This document shows, piece after piece, positions 37,351 through 42,519 of a stretch of 42,519 nucleotides of DNA. Source of the stretch: Chiloscyllium plagiosum (lineage: Eukaryota); NCBI RefSeq assembly GCF_004010195.1, contig NW_025215013.1, positions 16,137-58,655 on the forward strand. Reading direction: 5' to 3'. Both the position numbers and the translations under genes were made by a program. The stretch's first letter is position 1. The number at the start of each line of letters is the position of its first letter. Below the pieces are notes generated by a model that saw only the letters and a program-made list of their open reading frames with translations, searched no databases and was not told the origin of the DNA.

Positions 37351-38519
37351 TTAATCTCTGTGAATTGATATCAATTATTTCCTAAAGCAGGACGTGCGAC
37401 ACTCAATTCTATTTAAAATTGTGCACCAGCAAGAAGATTAATCCACATGAAAAAGTGTTGTCAATAAATAATTTCATCTAATTAGATTAAAAGTAAATGA
37501 CGTGTGAAACAGAATGCAATTAACCACACAAGAGCCAATCTAACGTATAATTCCTCTCAGAATCAAAAGACGATTGCAGTTATGGTTGTCCATTTTTCAT
37601 CGCACACAGTGGAATCTGACATTNNNNNNNNNNNNNNNNNNNNNNNNNNNNNNNNNNNNNNNNNNNNNNNNNNNNNNNNNNNNNNNNNNNNNNNNNNNNN
37701 NNNNNNNNNNNNNNNNNNNNNNNNNNNNNNNNNNNNNNNNNNNNNNNNNNNNNNNNNNNNNNNNNNNNNNNNNNNNNNNNNNNNNNNNNNNNNNNNNNNN
37801 NNNNNNNNNNNNNNNNNNNNNNNNNNNNNNNNNNNNNNNNNNNNNNNNNNNNNNNNNNNNNNNNNNNNNNNNNNNNNNNNNNNNNNNNNNNNNNNNNNNN
37901 NNNNNNNNNNNNNNNNNNNNNNNNNNNNNNNNNNNNNNNNNNNNNNNNNNNNNNNNNNNNNNNNNNNNNNNNNNNNNNNNNNNNNNNNNNNNNNNNNNNN
38001 NNNNNNNNNNNNNNNNNNNNNNNNNNNNNNNNNNNNNNNNNNNNNNNNNNNNNNNNNNNNNNNNNNNNNNNNNNNNNNNNNNNNNNNNNNNNNNNNNNNN
38101 NNNNNNNNNNNNNNNNNNNNNNNNNNNNNNNNNNNNNNNNNNNNNNNNNNNNNNNNNNNNNNNNNNNNNNNNNNNNNNNNNNNNNNNNNNNNNNNNNNNN
38201 NNNNNNNNNNNNNNNNNNNNNNNNNNNNNNNNNNNNNNNNNNNNNNNNNNNNNNNNNNNNNNNNNNNNNNNNNNNNNNNNNNNNNNNNNNNNNNNNNNNN
38301 NNNNNNNNNNNNNNNNNNNNNNNNNNNNNNNNNNNNNNNNNNNNNNNNNNNNNNNNNNNNNNNNNNNNNNNNNNNNNNNNNNNNNNNNNNNNNNNNNNNN
38401 NNNNNNNNNNNNNNNNNNNNNNNNNNNNNNNNNNNNNNNNNNNNNNNNNNNNNNNNNNNNNNNNNNNNNNNNNNNNNNNNNNNNNNNNNNNNNNNNNNNN
38501 NNNNNNNNNNNNNNNNCTG

Positions 38520-40820
38520 ATCAGTTTAAAAATGTGCTCACACTTGGAAACTGCGAAACTACAACAGGAGTGTGAGATCTGTATTTTATACTGTTCTTGT
38601 GCTGGACCTAACGAATCCACTTAAACAAATCAGAACCCCAAGATAAACACGTTAAGATATTCATAGCCCAGCAAGTTACTATCCAGCCAGTACTGTCATT
38701 CACAGCTCTCTGTGGCTTTCACCCAGCTGAACTCTCTCACCCACTTCCTTCTTTTTCTCCTGAACTTTATCCTATCGCTGCTTGTTCAACTCGCTTTGTG
38801 GAAATTTGTTGTAGCTGCATTTTCTTTCAGTTATGTTTCTGGATTCACATGGGAAAGGATGTAAATGGAAGGTTCTCCAGTACCACCTTTACTTTATTAA
38901 TGGATAAAATTTAGCTCCATGAGATTTTTTGCACATGTACAAAGGTGGGAGCAATGCCTCTTTGTTTGTAATGTGTGAACCCCACATTGTAGTGATCACA
39001 TCTGTCTGTTTTCTTGTTCTCGAATTGAATCCCTTCTTCAATGATGTACCTGGATTACAGCAGCAGCTACTTCCAAAATTGACCGATGGGGCGTTGGATG
39101 ATAAAGTGGAACCGTCATAAAATGCACTCGACACGACCAGCTATCCTTAGTAGCCACACACGCAGATGACAATCAACATGAGTTCGACTGCGACAACACT
39201 ACTATTATAAGACAAGGCAAACAGAGCACAGCCAGGTAATTCCTAGAGGCATGGCACTCATCCACAGATTCAATCAATAAGCATATCGACTTGTACCCAA
39301 TATACCGACCACTGCCACGAACAGCTGGAACTGACAATCGAAAGTGGCAGAGACAAACCACTATAAATGCCGGAGGAAACATCACAGAAACGCTTCACAG
39401 GAGGCTCCGAAGCACTGAAGACAGGGGACGAAACGTCTGCAACACAAATTCCCAGCTCGGCGAACAGGATCATAATAAAGGTGATTCATACTCGGTAATT
39501 GTAACATTGTGGGGTGTATAACACTTCCGTCAAATAGATGGCTGCTTATTACAGTCTCATAACACAATCCATTCGTTCTCAGGCCACTCTCAGAATTTTG
39601 CTGCCTTTGCATCTGTATCGTCCTTTGGATATATTGAGCAAATTGGACCGGTTTGTTCTTGCAGTCAGGGTCATACTTCATTACCATTACTCTGAATCTC
39701 GGGATGACCCATGATTTCGGATGGTTCAGGCCGCTCATACCCATAATATCAGCTATGAAGACTGGATGCTTTATTTTCAAAAGAAGGAAAGGTTTGTAAT
39801 GAGGCATGTGCTGGGTACAATCAAGAGATGGTAGGGGCTCAGTTGGTATACTGGAATAAAATTTCCATCTCTCATTCCTATTAGTGACATCCCCATTCTC
39901 TAATAGGATCGGTATGCCAAACATAGGCCCGAGAGTTAGAGAAAAATGAAAGTTATTTATTTGACAGCGTTGTTGCTTTAACTCTTTTTGCACACTCCTC
40001 TGCCTTCGTGACCTTACACTGTTTCTCATGTTTCCTTTGTTTTCCATCTAATCATCCACAGTCAGCTGTGAACATGCCTCAGCTTTTGAGATTTCCATCT
40101 GCTGTACATCCCTCTATCCGCCAGTCACATGCAGAATTCCTTCAACAGGGCATTAAGATATCTTTCCAATCTTTAATTAGCAATAAAATAATGCAGCCAC
40201 GCTTCAAATTAACCATGAGGCAATGGCACTGGTCACTGACAATGTGTACAGTAATAAAACCAACTTGCCCTGCAATCAATTCTCATTTTGTGAGTCAGGG
40301 CTAATACAATCGGTTATTAAAAATAATAACAAATTAATCATTATCTGTAATTCAGAGTGGAAACTGAACAAGTGACTGAGACATTTTAAATTTTTTCAAT
40401 ATAAACTGGAAATTCATTTAGTCAAAATTCAATTTTAAAATGTACACAGTTAACAACTCTGAAATCCATTATAATTACCTGGTTCTAGTCCCTTTTTTAA
40501 AATCCCAGATTAGGTTCCATAAGTGGTCCTGAAAAACATTGCTCATTTACAATTCTATAGGACGTGAAATCGCTGCAGCAGCATTAAAAGGTCTTGTCTA
40601 CTTACATGGCAACAAAATACTTCGAATGCATAAATAATGGACAAATCCGAAGGCACAGCTATGAACAATAGAATATTGATTTTGTTACATGATTTATCAG
40701 AACATATTATTGGAATTGTCAGTGAGGGAATAAAATTGAGAACGAGTTAAGCCATGACTAGTACTTCATAGTCACCAATGAGTTGCAGCAGTTTTAAAAT
40801 TAAGTGGATACAAACGAGTT
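38520..40820 (-). pseudogene. Spliced, inactivated host gene of unknown family
   Basis: Exons 40820-40776 (45 nt, phase 1-1), 40658-40606 (53 nt, 1-0), 40528-40479 (50 nt, 0-2) and one starting at 40170. All have AG acceptors, and the donors are GTGACT, GTAAGT and GTAATT. Joined peptide: xLVCIHLILKLLQLIAVPSDLSIIYAFEVFCCHDHLWNLIWDFKKGTRTRLERYLNALLKEF. Downstream come stops and a long frame (40047-38889) split by a Penelope insert. Confidence 0.7.
39121..39469 (+). mobile_element. Penelope 3' fragment flanked by a TCATAA duplication
   Basis: HEFDCDNTTII...FLEAWHS...INKHIDL..IY (GIY-YIG C-terminus) and a hammerhead remnant at 39412-39440. TCATAA at 39115-39120 and 39470-39475. Confidence 0.88.
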
Positions 40821-41599
40821 CTAAACAAAATTAAACATGCTAGTATCATTTTCTGAAAATAATACTGTTGGTTCGGGATATTTTGGATTTATCCTTATAC
40901 TCCCACTTTTACAATATTTAAGCAAATTAAATGAAGCTCATGGACTTCCTCCACTAAATGATCAAATGTTAAAGTCTGAACTGATTTTCCTCAATGGTTG
41001 GTTTAGATTTTTATTAAAATTTAGCAGAGACCTGTTCTCATCCTGGAACAAAATGATTCTGAGCCAGAGGCCAAGATTTAGTGTGCTACTACTTTAATTC
41101 CTTTCATCAATTCCTTCATTTGTACAACATGTCGGGATGGTGAAAATGATCTTTGGCAGTGGCATGAAATTATAGGGAATTTGAGACCAAGGTTATGCTA
41201 ATGTCAAATGGTGCAGAATCTATGGAGAATACTTTTTTGTTTAAAACAAGATTGTAATGTCGTGTTTCACCATATTAAACTGATTTCAATTGAAATGAGA
41301 ATTGTTTTCATGTAAGCATAAANNNNNNNNNNNNNNNNNNNNNNNNNNNNNNNNNNNNNNNNNNNNNNNNNNNNNNNNNNNNNNNNNNNNNNNNNNNNNN
41401 NNNNNNNNNNNNNNNNNNNNNNNNNNNNNNNNNNNNNNNNNNNNNNNNNNNNNNNNNNNNNNNNNNNNNNNNNNNNNNNNNNNNNNNNNNNNNNNNNNNN
41501 NNNNNNNNNNNNNNNNNNNNNNNNNNNNNNNNNNNNNNNNNNNNNNNNNNNNNNNNNNNNNNNNNNNNNNNNNNNNNNNNNNNNNNNNNNNNNNNNNNA

Positions 41600-42350
41600 T
41601 TCTGGTAAAACGAAGACGGGCTGCATTTATAGATAATGACAGGGACATGGGAGTTTTGTCAAATGGAAGGTTCTGGGGTTTCTTGCATATAGTTCGATGA
41701 AAGTTGCATCGCAGGTAGTCTGGGTAGTTAATAACAGCATTATCACCTTTGTCGTCCGTGCTAATAGCATTGAGTATAGGAGTGGAAGTTAATTTTGAGG
41801 TTGTACACGATCTTGGTGATGCCACGTTTGGCGTATTGTGCATGTGGTCGCTCTGTTATTAGAAGGTTATTACTTAATTGGAAAGGTTTCAGAAAATATT
41901 ACGCAGGATGTTCCCTGGACTGAAGCGTTTTAAATTACGACAGGCTGGCTAGCCTCTGATTTTTATCAATGTCGGGGAGACGATTGAGTGGTGACATTAT
42001 AGAGGATTATAACACTTTGAGATACGTTGAATACCAAAGTACTCTCTCCAGGGTGGCGGAGTTCACAACTAGCGGGCATGTATTTAAGGTGACAGGAGAA
42101 ATGCTTAAGAGGGATAGGAGGGGCAACGTTTTGATCCAGAGAGTGGTCGCATTTGGACTGGCCTGCCAGACGAAATGGAAGAGACAGGCAGAGCTAAAGC
42201 GTTCAAATGCGTTTGGACAGGTTCATGAATAGGACAGGTTCAGAGACACATGGGCCAAGCGGATCCAAGTCGGTTTAATTTTGTTTGTGAGTATTGCCAG
42301 CGTAGATGAGTTGGATCGAAGGCTCTGTTTTTGTGCTGTATGACTCTGCG
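41600..42350 (+). mobile_element. CR1 3' fragment
   Basis: AGGGACATGGGAGTT (RDxGV), CTTGGTGATGCCACGTTTGGCGTATTGTG (LVxPxLxYC) and a 3' UTR ending GGATCGAAGG...TGTGCTGTATGACTCT. Confidence 0.8.
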
Positions 42351-42519
42351 AAGCTGTGTAGCTATAACAGTCGAGGTTCCAAAATAGAAACAGGAAGTAA
42401 GTTGCAGAGGTGAATGAAATTAACTCATTCATCATTAAGCATTTTATTTCAGTGGTTTTATGAGCGAGATCGTACCTCGCACAATGTAGTGATTTTTCAC
42501 CACATTTTTGTCCAAATCC

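Noticed and set aside
37504..38620. ORFs of more than 330 aa
   Set aside because: Almost entirely assembly-gap Ns. The same applies to 41267-41843.
40561..40635. Plus-strand peptide REIAAAALKGLVYLHGNKILR resembling kinase subdomain VIa
   Set aside because: There is no HRD motif, a stop follows at once and no other kinase exons were seen. The minus-strand exon/intron reading explains the region better.

Overview
Eukaryotic genomic DNA, very probably from a shark or ray (elasmobranch), with three assembly gaps. Most of the window is decayed retrotransposons. These include many CR1-clade LINEs, two of them near full length with an SGNH-esterase ORF1, APE endonuclease and RT. There is also a Rex/Babar-like LINE, Penelope-like elements (RT + GIY-YIG), V-SINE/HE1-like SINEs, and two degenerate minisatellite families (~33 bp and ~29 bp units). 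No intact protein-coding gene was found. Two things stand out. (1) A minus-strand, spliced, inactivated host gene at about 26.3-40.8 kb that the ORF track does not show as a gene. Four consecutive small exons have AG/GT sites and matching phases. They are followed by a long coding-like segment whose frame is restored exactly when a Penelope insert and its TCATAA duplication are removed. (2) About ten minimal type I hammerhead-ribozyme motifs in Penelope termini, one with an intact core at 36219-36254, plus a fold-back element with two head-to-head copies. All family assignments come from motif recognition, no database searches were run, and TE boundaries are approximate.
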